Shown here: piece after piece, positions 30,525 through 41,700 of the stretch
Layout: each line of letters begins with the position of its first letter
How positions within the stretch are numbered: the stretch's first letter is position 1
Assembly (NCBI GenBank): GCA_965223265.1
Contig: OZ244999.1
Span: 8,128,001-8,192,000, forward strand
Direction: 5' to 3'
Origin: Planctomycetota bacterium
GTDB lineage: Bacteria; Planctomycetota; UBA8108; SXIK01
DNA length: 64,000 nucleotides
The notes under the pieces: model-generated
Database searches by the model: none
Told to the model about the DNA's origin: nothing
What the model saw: only the letters and a program-made list of their open reading frames with translations
Program-made: the position numbers and the translations under genes

Positions 30525-30758
30525 GCTCGACTCCCATCCGTTGAATACCGCTCGCGCGCGTCGTACTGTCGACACCGGTCGACGAACGTCGACGAGATGC
30601 CACGCCGACCCGGGTCGCTGGCAGACCCTCGAGTTACGTCGCGGTGATCGATGCCGCTGGCGGCATCTCCTTCCCTTGAATGCCGCCATCATAACCTGCG
30701 ATTCTCGGCCGTTTCCACCGCACAATCTTGGCTCGAGGGTTGACGCAAGGAGGTCCAC

Positions 30759-31634
30759 TTGAACACAACGCTCACTCCTGCTCACAAGTTGCGCACGCTT
30801 CTTGATGCGCCTGGCGTTATCTCGTCCGTCGGCGCGCACGACGTGCTCACAGCACTCATCCTCGAACGAGCGGGTTTCGAGACCGTCTTCATGGGCGGAT
30901 TCGGCGCCAGCGCGAGCCTCTATGGCCTCCCCGATCTCAACTACTTGGGGATGTCCGAGATGGCGGACGCCCTGCGGCGGATGGCGTCGCGACTGTCGGT
31001 ACCGGTGATCGGCGACGGCGATACGGGTTACGGCGGCGTGCACAACGTCATGCGCTGCGTGCAGGAGTTCGAGCGTGCTGGTGCGGCGGGAATGATCCTA
31101 GAGGATCAGGTATTCCCCAAGCGCTGTGGTCATTTCGAGGGGAAGAGCGTGATCGACGTCGACGAGATGGTGCGTAAGTTCCGCGCCGCGGTGCGGGCGC
31201 GTCAGGATTCGGACTTCGTTTTTGTCGCTCGCACCGACGCCCGCGCCACCCACGATTTGGACACTGCCATCGAGCGCGTCAATCGATACTGCGACGCCGG
31301 CGCCGACGTCGCCTTCATCGAGGCGCCAACCAGTGTTGGCGAGCTTGAGGAAATCTGCCGACGTGTGCCGCACCCGAAACTCGTCAACATGCTTTCGTTT
31401 GGGAAGACACCCATCCTTTCAGCCGCCGAGCTCGAGCAGATGGGCTACAAGATCGTCGTCGCACCGATCGCGTCGCTGCTCCTTCTGACGCGCGCCATTC
31501 AAGACCTCGCTTCGTCATTTCGATCGGATGGGCATGCACGCTCGTTGTTCGACCGCATGGCGAGTTTCGATGAGCTCAAGGAGCTTCTGGGCCTGGATGA
31601 GCATTTGGCACAGGTGCGCGAGTTCGAACCCTAA
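30759..31634 (+). CDS. isocitrate lyase / PEP mutase family enzyme (PrpB-like)
   Basis: GDGDTGYG, LEDQVFPKRCGH and ARTDA; AGGAGG RBS before the TTG start. Confidence 0.9.
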   Translation: MNTTLTPAHKLRTLLDAPGVISSVGAHDVLTALILERAGFETVFMGGFGASASLYGLPDLNYLGMSEMADALRRMASRLSVPVIGDGDTGYGGVHNVMRCVQEFERAGAAGMILEDQVFPKRCGHFEGKSVIDVDEMVRKFRAAVRARQDSDFVFVARTDARATHDLDTAIERVNRYCDAGADVAFIEAPTSVGELEEICRRVPHPKLVNMLSFGKTPILSAAELEQMGYKIVVAPIASLLLLTRAIQDLASSFRSDGHARSLFDRMASFDELKELLGLDEHLAQVREFEP

Positions 31635-31752
31635 TGCGCGCGAAAGTGACGGCAAGAAACGCCTGCGGCTTGCTAGCTTCGCGGGCGTTGGGGTCCGATT
31701 CGGACGGTAGCAGCGACAACTACCGTCGGCGCCGCAGCATTCGTCTCGCCAC

Positions 31753-32532
31753 TCAATCACACCGCGTCGCCGTCCAGGCACGACAGACGTACGGCACGCT
31801 CACGGCATCGACTCCCGCCGCCTCAAGGAGCGATTCGATCGCGCCCATGAGTTGAGGGTAGCGCTCCGGACCGGCGGCGACGCGGAGACGGTTGTGACTC
31901 CGCCATAGCTCGGCGAATCGTCGGCGCTCCATCCGAACAGTGTGTTCTTCCTCGTCGAACGCGTCGCCGTAGAAATCGCCCGTTGAGGTCAGGACCTTGT
32001 CCCAGTCGCGGTCTCGATATGCCGGTTCGAAGTCGGGCACGAGGCGTAAGATCGTTTCCCAAGTCGCGGCGACGATCGGTTCTCTGTCATTCTGACGGTT
32101 GTTCCACAGCACCGTCAGCTTGCCGCCCGGTCGGAGGATGCGGCGAAGCTCCGGCAAGGCTTTCGCTGGCTGTGCCCAGTGGAACGCCTGCGCTGCCACA
32201 ACCCAGGCTTGAGACTCCGTCGCCAGTCCACTCGACTCGAAGGTGCTGCGAACCCACCGCGTCGGCGGCTCTTCGGGCGCCAGTCGACACATGGCAGCAT
32301 TGGGTTCGACAGCGGTGACCGCGAGACCATGAGTGGCGAGTAGTCCGGTGAAGATCCCGGTGCCGGCGCCAAAGTCCGCCACCGGGTCTCCGGCTACGAT
32401 CTCCGCACGCCCGATCAAACGCTCGAGCAGCGCGCTCGGGTAGCCTGGTCGCGACCGCGCGTAAACCTCTGCTTGCTGGGTGAAGTCCCCGAGCCCTGGT
32501 TCGGGCGGCGTCTGCGGCCTTCGTTCTGGCAT
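31753..32532 (-). CDS. class I SAM-dependent methyltransferase
   Basis: YARSRPGYP, VADFGAGTG, VEPN, AAQAFHW and RILRPGG. Confidence 0.9.
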   Translation of the reverse strand: MPERRPQTPPEPGLGDFTQQAEVYARSRPGYPSALLERLIGRAEIVAGDPVADFGAGTGIFTGLLATHGLAVTAVEPNAAMCRLAPEEPPTRWVRSTFESSGLATESQAWVVAAQAFHWAQPAKALPELRRILRPGGKLTVLWNNRQNDREPIVAATWETILRLVPDFEPAYRDRDWDKVLTSTGDFYGDAFDEEEHTVRMERRRFAELWRSHNRLRVAAGPERYPQLMGAIESLLEAAGVDAVSVPYVCRAWTATRCD

Positions 32533-32758
32533 GGGAAGTTGAAGCCTTCTTCAGGAGGGTCGAGAGATCTTCGCCGCATCTTAGCATGCCAAACGCACTT
32601 GATCCTCCGAGTCCCGCAGCTTAAAAGTGCTGGATTGTTCCGATTGGAAGAGTCAGGCGTTCGCTGCTACTGCCAGCGACGCTTCGATACATGTCGCGCC
32701 GCTCGCGATCGCGCTGACGGTATTCCAGCGCGTTCGAACCGCTGAAACGGAGGACTCC

Positions 32759-33901
32759 ATGACCACTCTGCGTCCTACGCCTTGGGTCAGCGTTTTCTTG
32801 GGCGGCACCATGGTGTGTCTCGGCGCGGTGGTTCGTGTGTGCGCACAGGGCGAACCTCCAGCGCCTGTCGTTGTCGATGTCGCGGCGGAGATTCATCTCG
32901 TGCCGACTAAACCGGTTCTGGGCGCGACCGAGGCGAAACGGCGGAGTGTTCTCGCTGCGTCGATCGAGGGCTATGTCGTCGAGTACCTGGTCGAAGAGGG
33001 GGCTTGGGTCAAGAGCGGCGACGTGATCGCGCGACTCAGAGACGACATTCTCAAACTGCGCGTCACGGAAGCGAAGGCCGGGATCCGTGAGATCCAGGCA
33101 CTGCATCGCCAAGCGCAGCTCGACCTCGAACGTGCTCGGAAGCTCATCGGCCGCGACGCAGTGACTCAAAAAGAGCTGGATGCATCGGTGACGGCGGAAG
33201 CGTCGCTAGCTCTGCGGCTGCCGCAGGCCGAAGCACGGCTTGCCGTGATTCAGGCGGACCTCGCGAAGAAAACGGTTCGTGCGCCGTACGCCGGCCAGAT
33301 CGTCAGGGAGCACACACAGGTCGGCGAGTGGGTCACCCGTGGCGGTGCGGTCGCGACAATCGTTGATCTTTCGACCGTGTATGTGCGGGTGAACGTTCCC
33401 GAGCGCGAGATTCGATTCGTCCGCCGCGGTCAGCAGGTAGAGGTCCGCATTCCCGCGGCGTACCCGGGTGACTTCAAAGGCAAGGTCGTCTCCGTGCTTG
33501 GAGAGGGGGACGCAGAGGCACGGACGTTTGCGGTGCGGATCGAAGTTGACAACGACGGCCACATCAAGGCGGGAATGAGCGCCACTGTGGATGTACCCGC
33601 TGGGGCTCCTCGCAAGGCCTTGGCTGTATCCAAGGACGCGATGATCGTGCGAGGTCGTCAAAGTTTCGTTTTCGTCGTTGGCGATGGCGGCCAGGCGGAC
33701 CAGAGGCGCGTCGAGGTCGGCAGTGCGAGCGGTAGTCGCTTCGAGATCCTGCAGGGTCTACGCGCGGGAGAGCGCGTCGTTGTGCGCGGGAATGAACTCC
33801 TGCGTCCTGGCCGCAAGGTGAGGCTAGTGGAGAGCGCCGCGCCGACGGCGCCTGCGAAGAAAGACGTCACCAAGAACGTGCCAGAAGAAGGTGAGCCGTG
33901 A
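32759..33901 (+). CDS. RND efflux periplasmic adaptor (membrane fusion protein)
   Basis: N-terminal anchor, lipoyl halves (VEEGAWVKSGD; VRAPYAG), alpha-hairpin and GLRAGERVVVRG; GGAGG RBS. Confidence 0.92.
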   Translation: MTTLRPTPWVSVFLGGTMVCLGAVVRVCAQGEPPAPVVVDVAAEIHLVPTKPVLGATEAKRRSVLAASIEGYVVEYLVEEGAWVKSGDVIARLRDDILKLRVTEAKAGIREIQALHRQAQLDLERARKLIGRDAVTQKELDASVTAEASLALRLPQAEARLAVIQADLAKKTVRAPYAGQIVREHTQVGEWVTRGGAVATIVDLSTVYVRVNVPEREIRFVRRGQQVEVRIPAAYPGDFKGKVVSVLGEGDAEARTFAVRIEVDNDGHIKAGMSATVDVPAGAPRKALAVSKDAMIVRGRQSFVFVVGDGGQADQRRVEVGSASGSRFEILQGLRAGERVVVRGNELLRPGRKVRLVESAAPTAPAKKDVTKNVPEEGEP

Positions 33902-36900
33902 TCGCGCTCAGCGTTCGCAAGCCGGTGGCGGTTCTCGTCGGTGTCGTGTTCGTTGCGCTCTTCGGCACGCTGAGCTTGCTGCGCGTGCCGATTCAGCTGA
34001 CGCCGGATGTCGTCAAGCCTGAGATCACCATCGAGACGCAGTGGCGCGGCGCCAGCCCCCACGAAATCGAGCGGGAGATCATCGACGAGCAGGAGGAACA
34101 GCTCAAAGGCGTTGAGGGCGTCGAGCGTATGACGAGCGAAAGCCTCGACAACCTCGGTCGCATCATCCTGCGCTTCCCGCCAGGCACCAATATCGACACA
34201 GCACTCATCCGCGTGTCGAATCGCCTCGAGCAGGTACCCGAGTACCCCGAGGATGCCGACAAGCCGGTGATCATGACGACGAACAAGACTGACAACGCGA
34301 TGGCGTGGTTCATGCTCTATCGCCTCGAGGGCAATGATCGACCCATCGATGGCTATTACCGTCTCGCCGAGGACGTGGTCAAGCCCGAGCTCGAACGGGT
34401 GCCCGGCGTCGGCGCGTCGAACGTCTATGGTGGCCGCGAAGAAGAGCTGCACGTCGTCGTCGATCCGCAGGCACTGGCGGCGCGCGGCATCACCGTTCCC
34501 GAGCTCATGCGGGCCGTCGACCGTGAGAATCGCAACATCAGTGGCGGGGATTTCAGCGAAGGCAAGAGGCGCTATAAAGTGCGCACGCTCGGGGAGTACG
34601 TCGAGCCCGAGGACGTTGAAAACATCGTCATTGAGACGGACGCCGGGCGCCGGGTGTATCTGCGCGATATCGCCGATGTGCGCGTCGGCATGAAGAAACG
34701 CGATAACTTCGTGCGTCAGCGTGGAACGCCGACGATTGCGATCAATTGCGTGCGCAGCATTGGCGCCAACGTGCTGGAGTCCATGCAGGGCGTGCGCGAA
34801 ACGGTTGAGGCACTCAACCGAGACGTGCTCGATGCCGAGCAGCTGCGCCTCGTTCAGGTCTACGACGAGACCGAGTACATCGAAGCGTCCATCGATCGCG
34901 TCGTGGATAACCTTCTCATCGGCAGCTTGCTCGCAGTGATCGTTCTTTTCGCGTTTTTGCGCAGTGTTGCCAGCACGTTGATCATCGCGCTGGCGATCCC
35001 GATCAGCATCGTCGGATCGTTCGTGCTCATGCACGCGCTCGATCGCAGCATCAACGTCATCAGCTTGGCGGGGATGACGTTCGCTTCTGGCATGGTTGTC
35101 GATAACGCCATCGTCAGCCTGGAAAACATCTTTCGTTTGCGCCAGGCGGGGAAGTCGCGCTTTGAGGCCGCGGTTGAAGGTGTGCGCCAGATTTGGGGCG
35201 CTGTTCTTGCCAGCACGCTGACGACGATCGCCGTCTTTTTGCCCATCTTCTTCGTCGATGAGAAGGCCGGACAGCTTTTTCGGGACATCGCGATCGCCAT
35301 TAGCTGCTCGGTCGGATTGTCGCTGTTTGTTTCAGTGACAGTGATCCCATCGCTGGCCGCGAAGTTGCTCGTGCGCGTCGGTACCGCCCGCGCGGTCGGT
35401 GACGTGGCAGCATCGCGGCGCACTCTCGGGTCGAAGCTGGGCAGGCTGTTCGTCGCGCCGGTTGAACTCCTGACACGCTCGCCCGTCGCCAGCGCTGTCG
35501 TCGCCTTGGTCCTGACGGTGGTTTCACTTCTGGCTGCCCGTTTGCTGACACCCGACGCCGAGTACTTACCGCAGGGCAATCGCAACTTGGCGATCGGCAT
35601 CCTCGTACCGCCTCCCGGCTACAGCATCGACGAGCTGTCTCGGATCGGCGGGCAAATCGAGGAGCGATTAGCTGAGCGATTCGAGACGGGCGGTGAACGG
35701 CCTGCGGCCAACGTAGTGCGCGCTGCGGCGAGAACTGAGGACCCAGATCGCGACGTCGAAACCGCCACCAGAAGCGCACCGGAGGCAGGGAAAGCCGACG
35801 CAGCTTTGCCCGACATTGGCATCAGCCACTTCTTTTTCGTCGCCAATCAAAGCTCGGTCTTCATGGGCGCCAAGGCCGCCGATTCAGCACGCGCGGGCGA
35901 GCTCGTGCCCGTGATGCGTGCAGCTCTCGGTGATCTACCGGGCCTGATCGCGATCGTCCAGCAAGCGAGCCTCTTCGAGCGCGGCATCTCTTCGGGCCGA
36001 CGCGTCGATATCGAGATCACCGGGCCGGATCTCGACCGCCTGCTGCAGCTCGGCGGCATGGTGTTCGGCCAAACGATGCAGCTGTTCCCGCCGCCCGAGG
36101 GCAACCAGGCGCGCCCGATACCCAATCTTCTGGCGACCCCTGAGGTGCACGTCGTCCCAGATCGCGAACGCGCGCGCGACCTCGGGCTCGATGCTAGCGA
36201 CATTGGGCTGACGATCGACGCGATTCTCGATGGCGCGAAGGCCAGCGAGTTCAAACTTGCGGGTCGCGAGATCGACCTTTCCGTCCTCGGCGGCGCGCGC
36301 GGTCGCGACTGGCAGACGCAGGACCTCGAGAGCATCCCGATCTACACACCCTCGGGAAAGATGGTGCCGCTCGCGTCGGTGGCGAACGTTACGGTGACGC
36401 GTGGGCCGCAGCAGATCAACCACCTCGATCGTGACCGTGCCGTGACGATTCAGCTAGTGCCGGCCAAGAACGTTCCGATCGAGCGCGCGGTCACGACGAT
36501 TCGGGAGCAGCTCGTCGCTCCGCTGAGCGCTGCGGGTGCGATCGAGCGCCCATTTCGACTGCGTCTCGCGGGCACGGCCGATGATTTGGCGCAAGCGTAT
36601 ACCGCGTTCAAATGGAACTTCTTGCTCGCCGTGGTGATCACGTACCTCCTCATGGCAGCGCTGTTCGAGAGTTTCGTTTATCCATTCGTCGTTCTCTTTA
36701 GCGTTCCGCTCGCTGCGGTCGGTGGACTGATTTGTTTGGCGCTCGTGCATGCCTACGTGCCGAGCGTTCAGTTTGACATTTTGACCATGCTTGGATTCGT
36801 GATTCTTGTGGGCGTCGTCGTCAACAATGCGATTCTGATCGTCTACCAGACCCTCGGCGGTGTCAGCGATGGTCTGTCGCGACGCGATGCCATCGTTGGC

Positions 36901-37152
36901 GCCGTGCAGCTGCGCGTGCGGCCGATCCTCATGACAATGTTGACGTCAGGCTTTGGTATGTTGCCGCTCGTTGTCTTTCCCGGCGCAGGATCGGAGCTCT
37001 ATCGGGGGCTCGGCAGTGTCGTCGTGGGCGGGCTGGTCGTCTCGACGCTCTTCACGCTTGTTCTCATTCCGTGTCTTTTGACGGTTGTGCTGGCGATTCA
37101 GGCTCGATGGTTCGGCGCTCAACCGCGGCGTGGAGCGCTCGCGACTTCATGA
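33898..37152 (+). CDS. RND efflux permease (AcrB/AcrD/AcrF family)
   Basis: 1084 aa, about 12 TM; GMVVDNAIV, ASTLTTIAVFLP, GVVVNNAIL and RVRPILMT. Confidence 0.95.
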   Translation: MIALSVRKPVAVLVGVVFVALFGTLSLLRVPIQLTPDVVKPEITIETQWRGASPHEIEREIIDEQEEQLKGVEGVERMTSESLDNLGRIILRFPPGTNIDTALIRVSNRLEQVPEYPEDADKPVIMTTNKTDNAMAWFMLYRLEGNDRPIDGYYRLAEDVVKPELERVPGVGASNVYGGREEELHVVVDPQALAARGITVPELMRAVDRENRNISGGDFSEGKRRYKVRTLGEYVEPEDVENIVIETDAGRRVYLRDIADVRVGMKKRDNFVRQRGTPTIAINCVRSIGANVLESMQGVRETVEALNRDVLDAEQLRLVQVYDETEYIEASIDRVVDNLLIGSLLAVIVLFAFLRSVASTLIIALAIPISIVGSFVLMHALDRSINVISLAGMTFASGMVVDNAIVSLENIFRLRQAGKSRFEAAVEGVRQIWGAVLASTLTTIAVFLPIFFVDEKAGQLFRDIAIAISCSVGLSLFVSVTVIPSLAAKLLVRVGTARAVGDVAASRRTLGSKLGRLFVAPVELLTRSPVASAVVALVLTVVSLLAARLLTPDAEYLPQGNRNLAIGILVPPPGYSIDELSRIGGQIEERLAERFETGGERPAANVVRAAARTEDPDRDVETATRSAPEAGKADAALPDIGISHFFFVANQSSVFMGAKAADSARAGELVPVMRAALGDLPGLIAIVQQASLFERGISSGRRVDIEITGPDLDRLLQLGGMVFGQTMQLFPPPEGNQARPIPNLLATPEVHVVPDRERARDLGLDASDIGLTIDAILDGAKASEFKLAGREIDLSVLGGARGRDWQTQDLESIPIYTPSGKMVPLASVANVTVTRGPQQINHLDRDRAVTIQLVPAKNVPIERAVTTIREQLVAPLSAAGAIERPFRLRLAGTADDLAQAYTAFKWNFLLAVVITYLLMAALFESFVYPFVVLFSVPLAAVGGLICLALVHAYVPSVQFDILTMLGFVILVGVVVNNAILIVYQTLGGVSDGLSRRDAIVGAVQLRVRPILMTMLTSGFGMLPLVVFPGAGSELYRGLGSVVVGGLVVSTLFTLVLIPCLLTVVLAIQARWFGAQPRRGALATS

Positions 37153-38684
37153 AGTATCGACCGGCGATCCAATCCGGCGCCGCTCGCGCTGCGCACGCGG
37201 GAGCTGTGACCTGCATCCTACCGTTCGTTCTCGCTGCGTGCGTTGCTCTGCCACCGCCGCAGGAGTGGCTTGGGGACGGTCCGGGCGATGCGCCGGGGCC
37301 GGCTGCCATGCCGGTCGGCGACTCGGTGTCGATCGAGCGTCTGGACTGGTCGACCGCGCTCCGTCTGGCTCGCGAGCGTAGCCCTAGCATCGAGTCGGCG
37401 GCGGCACGACTTGAAAAAGCGCGCCAGATGGTTCGCGAAGCGGCAGCTCTCGCCTACCCAACGCTGGACGCGCGTGCCAGCTGGGTGCGTTTTCTCGAAG
37501 CCGCGGATTTCCGTGGACGATCGTCTTCGGAAGTCGGGGGCGCCGCCACCAGAACGCGTTTTTTCACCGGCCGCGGCTCGGATATCTACAGTGCTGGTGT
37601 CGACGCGAACTACCCGATCTTCGACGGCGGTCGGGTCTACTACGGTAAGGAGGCGGCACGTTCAGCTGTGCGATCCGCGCGGGAGGAACGCGAAGCAGTG
37701 CGTCGCGATCTCGACCGGCAGGTGTCACTGGCGTTTCTCAACGTTCTCCTGAGTCGCGGCGCGATCGAGATTGCAACGGAGTCTCTTGCTTTCACCAAGG
37801 GCGAAGAGACGCGTGCAGCGGCGCGCGCGGAGGCTGGCGAGGGTCTCAAGATCGACGCGCTGCGTTTTCGTACGCGTGCCTCGTCGGAGCAGCTGCAGCT
37901 CAACCAAGCGCTCGCGACTCGGCGCGTGCGCATCGCGATTCTCTCAGAGCTCCTGGACGTCCCGCTCGCGGAGGACGTTGAGTTTGTCGAGCCGAAATCG
38001 GCGTTCACACTCGAGGAGCGCGACTCGGCGGCGCGCGCGCTCGCCCATCGGCCTGAGCTGAAGGCAGTCGCCTGGCGTGTCGCTGAGCTCGAGCAGGAGC
38101 TGGCTCGCGAGAACGCGAGTTGGTGGCCGACGTTTTCATTCTTTGGGTCGTACGGCGTGCTCAATCTTGACTCACTCGACGTCAGTCAGGCGACCGACGA
38201 GTTTCAGGTTGGCGCAGCGATGGCGATGAACTTGTTTGAAGGCGGTGGCACCACGGCGCGTGCCGCGGTAATCCGCCAACGCGTCGCCGAGGAGCGGAGC
38301 GAGGAGCGAAGGCTGCGACTGGAGATCGAGCGGCAGGTGCGCGAGGCGGCAATCAACGTCGAAGTGGACGCGCGCAACGTCGAGGTGAGCCGAGAAACCG
38401 TCCGGCTTGCCGAGGAGGTTCTCGACCGCGTCACCGCGCGCTACCGTGCAGGGGAGGCGCAGGTGCTCGACGTCACCGAGGCCGAGCTCGAGCGCACCCG
38501 CGCGCGGTTGGCTCTGCTGCGCAGCCGCGTCCATCACGTACTGTCGCAAGTGCGGCTCTTGCACGCCGAGGGTGACGATCTGATGCCGGCGATCGAGGCG
38601 TCGATGGACCTTCGTCGCCCTGTAGGGACAGGCGCGGAGGACCGTTCGACTCAGAGTGCGCAGCCAGCGGACGACGGAAGTTGA
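37149..38684 (+). CDS. TolC-family outer membrane efflux lipoprotein
   Basis: Lipobox LAA-C; two OEP-like repeats (YPIFDGG, NLFEGG, RYRAGE); ATGA overlap with the RND permease. Confidence 0.9.
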   Translation: MKYRPAIQSGAARAAHAGAVTCILPFVLAACVALPPPQEWLGDGPGDAPGPAAMPVGDSVSIERLDWSTALRLARERSPSIESAAARLEKARQMVREAAALAYPTLDARASWVRFLEAADFRGRSSSEVGGAATRTRFFTGRGSDIYSAGVDANYPIFDGGRVYYGKEAARSAVRSAREEREAVRRDLDRQVSLAFLNVLLSRGAIEIATESLAFTKGEETRAAARAEAGEGLKIDALRFRTRASSEQLQLNQALATRRVRIAILSELLDVPLAEDVEFVEPKSAFTLEERDSAARALAHRPELKAVAWRVAELEQELARENASWWPTFSFFGSYGVLNLDSLDVSQATDEFQVGAAMAMNLFEGGGTTARAAVIRQRVAEERSEERRLRLEIERQVREAAINVEVDARNVEVSRETVRLAEEVLDRVTARYRAGEAQVLDVTEAELERTRARLALLRSRVHHVLSQVRLLHAEGDDLMPAIEASMDLRRPVGTGAEDRSTQSAQPADDGS

Positions 38685-38757
38685 TCGATTCGACGACTTG
38701 CGCGTCTCGGTGTCTGCAAGTGCGCCTCACCAATTCCTTGACCGCATCCGGCGTGTG

Positions 38758-41700
38758 TCATGGCTGCTCGTTGTTCGCGGTCGTCGTTTCACCCTCCTTC
38801 GCTTCGTGTTCCCGGTGCCGTCGTTTCTCTTCGGCGTCGAGGATCTCTGACTCCCGGCGGTAACGACCGAGCTCGGCGCTCTGCCCACGGCTCTCGTAGA
38901 TTTTGATGAGCGCGTCGAGGCAGCGGCGGGCGTCTGCGAACCGGGCGTTGTCTTTCAGGGGCGGAAAGGCGCCGACGAGGAGCTGTTCGCCCTCGTCGGA
39001 GCGCCCCATGGCAGTGAGACATAAGCCGAGGTCCATCTCCATCGAAGAGATTCGGTAGTCATCGGCGGGAAAACGTCTCCTTTGCGCCGCGAGCGCCTCG
39101 CGAAAGAGAGGTTCTGCCTCGTTGAGGTGCTTTTGCTCGCGCAGCGCCCGCGCTAGCGCCCGGGTCGGCTCCGGCCAGCGAGGATCGCTCAAGCGCTTGA
39201 ACACCTCGACGGCGTGCCGGAACAGCGTCACGGCTTCGTCAAGCTTCGCGGGGTCGCGGTAGATCGCCAGACCGAGAGAATTTTCGACCTCGGCGACATA
39301 GAGGTGTTCCTTGCCCCGGCGAAGAGTCTCGACGTCGCGCGCTTCGCGCAGGAGAGGTTCGGCGCGGGTGAGGTCGCCTTTTCGCTGATAGAATGTCCCA
39401 AGGTTGAAGAGACACGTCGCGATCTGGGGACTGCTCGTCTCACCGAGTTCGCGGAGCATGTTGAGAGCGAGCAGATGGTAGCGTTCAGCTTCGTCGTGTT
39501 GCCATTTCCACTGCAGGCAGATAGCTATATTATCGAAGCACGCCGCGACCTCTGCATGCTTGTCTCCGAAGACGCGCTCATTGATCGCGAGCGCCTCGCG
39601 AAAGAGCCGCTCGGCGGCGTCGGGTTCGTCGCGGTGGAGAGTTGTGTAGGCGATGGCGTTGATCGTCTTCGCCACATCTTTGTGCGTCTCCCCGTAGGCC
39701 TGCTTGTAGATCATGAGCGCGCGGTCGAAGAGAGGGGAGGCTTCCTTGCCCTTACCGCGCTCGATGAGGAGCTCCCCGAGCGCGTGCAGATTCCAACCGA
39801 CGTCGGGATGGGTCTCTCCGACGATCTCGCCGCTGACTTCGACGACTTCACGGAGCAGATTCTCCGCTTCATCGTACTTGCCGACGTCGCGCAGCAACTC
39901 CGCGAGATGCGTCATGGCCGTGGATACGTCATAGTGTTTGCGGGTGCCGCAGCGGCGTTCCGCTCGAAGGAGGGCATCGCGCAAGAGCTTCTCCGCTCTT
40001 TCGAAGTCACCCTTGTACTGGAGCATGCGACCGAGATGGCTCATGCTCTCTATGGTGGTCGGGTCGTCACCGCCCAGCAGTTCCTCGCGCAGCGTCCACG
40101 CTTGCCGCAGCGCTGACTCGCTTGCCGTCAAATCCCCCTCATGCCGGAGCAGTTGCCCGAGGCTATCGAGGCTTGCCGCAACGAGCGCGTGGTGTTCGCC
40201 GAAGAGCGAGCGTCGCTGCTGGAGCGCGGCGGCGATCGCACCTCGGGCGCGGCCATAGTCCGACTTCTTCAGCAGCACGACCCCGAGATTGTGCTGGCTC
40301 TCGGCGGCACCCGCCAGCTGCGCGGGTCCGGCGCTGCGCCGAAGCTCAAGCGCTCGCTGCAGTTGTTGCTCGGCTTGATCGTAGAGGCCGAGACCGGTGT
40401 AAGCCACACCGAGCGAGTCATGAAGCGCCGCTGCGGTCGTTGGCTGATCCGTGAAGGAGTTTTCGACCTCAGCTGCGGCCCTGGCGAGAAGATCGATCAC
40501 CTTGACGTCGCGGCCGCTTCGTCGAGGATCGGTGGAAGCGAGCATATCTCTGAGAAAATTTGTCACCGTTTCGGCCGCGTCGAGTCGCTGCTCGGATAGC
40601 TCGTGAGCGCGCGTGGCGACGATGGCTTGCCAGGTTGTGCCGGCGACACCGAGAACGAGCGATAGAATGACGAACGCCGTGCCGCAGACGAGTGCCTTGT
40701 TGCGACGGGTGAACTTCCGTAGCTGATAGAGTGCGCTCGGCGGGCGCGCGAGAATTGGTTCGTCGCTGAGATGGCGTTTGAGGTCGGCTGCGAGCTCAGC
40801 GGCGGATTGGTAGCGCCGCGCTGGCTCCTTCTCAAGCGCCTTTTGAACAATCGTTTCGATGTCGCCGCGCAGGGTGCGTACGGTCGTGCTGATCGGTGTC
40901 GGTTCGACTTCGCGGACGACGCGAACCGCGTCGTGAATCATCTTGCCGGAAAAATCGTACGGCAGCCGCCCGGCGAGAAGCTCGTAGAGCACCACGCCGA
41001 GGGCGTACACGTCGGAGCGCGCGTCGAGCTCTCTCGGATCGCCTGCGATTTGCTCAGGACTCATGTACGGCACCGTGCCGATGAGCTCACCGACACTGGT
41101 CTGCATCGTCGTCAGTTGGACGTCCGAGTCTGTTGCGCGCGCGATGCCGAAATCGAGAACTTTGGGTTGGCCACTGAGATCGACAAGAATGTTCGCCGGT
41201 TTGAGATCTCGATGGATGAACCCCCTGAGGTGGGCGTGCTGCACCGCGTCGCACACGTCAACGAACAAACGAATGCGCTGCCGAGCTGACAGCCGATGTT
41301 CATCCGCGAATTCGTTCAGCGTGAGACCGTCGATGAACTCCATCGCGAAGTATGGCTGCTCTTGACCGAGATCGTTCGTCGCCGAGCCGGCTTCGAAAAT
41401 CTGTGCGATGCCGGGATGTTGCAGTCGGCCAAGAACTTGTGCTTCATACTCGAATCTCTTCATCACCGATGGCGAGAAGAGGTCTGCATTTGCCACTTTC
41501 AGCGCCACGGTGCGGCGAGGGTTTTCCTGCTCGGCTTGAAACACGGTGCCCATCCCGCCAGCGCCGATCTTGCCGCGAATGCGGTATTTGCCGATGCGTT
41601 GCGGTAACGTGTGGGGCGGGTCTCGATCGGCGAACGTAGCGGCGCCCGTTGAGTCGAAAAGCGCGTCTTTGAGTTCTCTCGCGGGCTCGAGCGCTGCGTC

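Noticed and set aside
30525-31043. N-terminal extension of the PQQ-propeller ORF
   Set aside because: It overlaps the ICL/PEP mutase gene in antisense; the signal peptide and RBS place the start at 30524.
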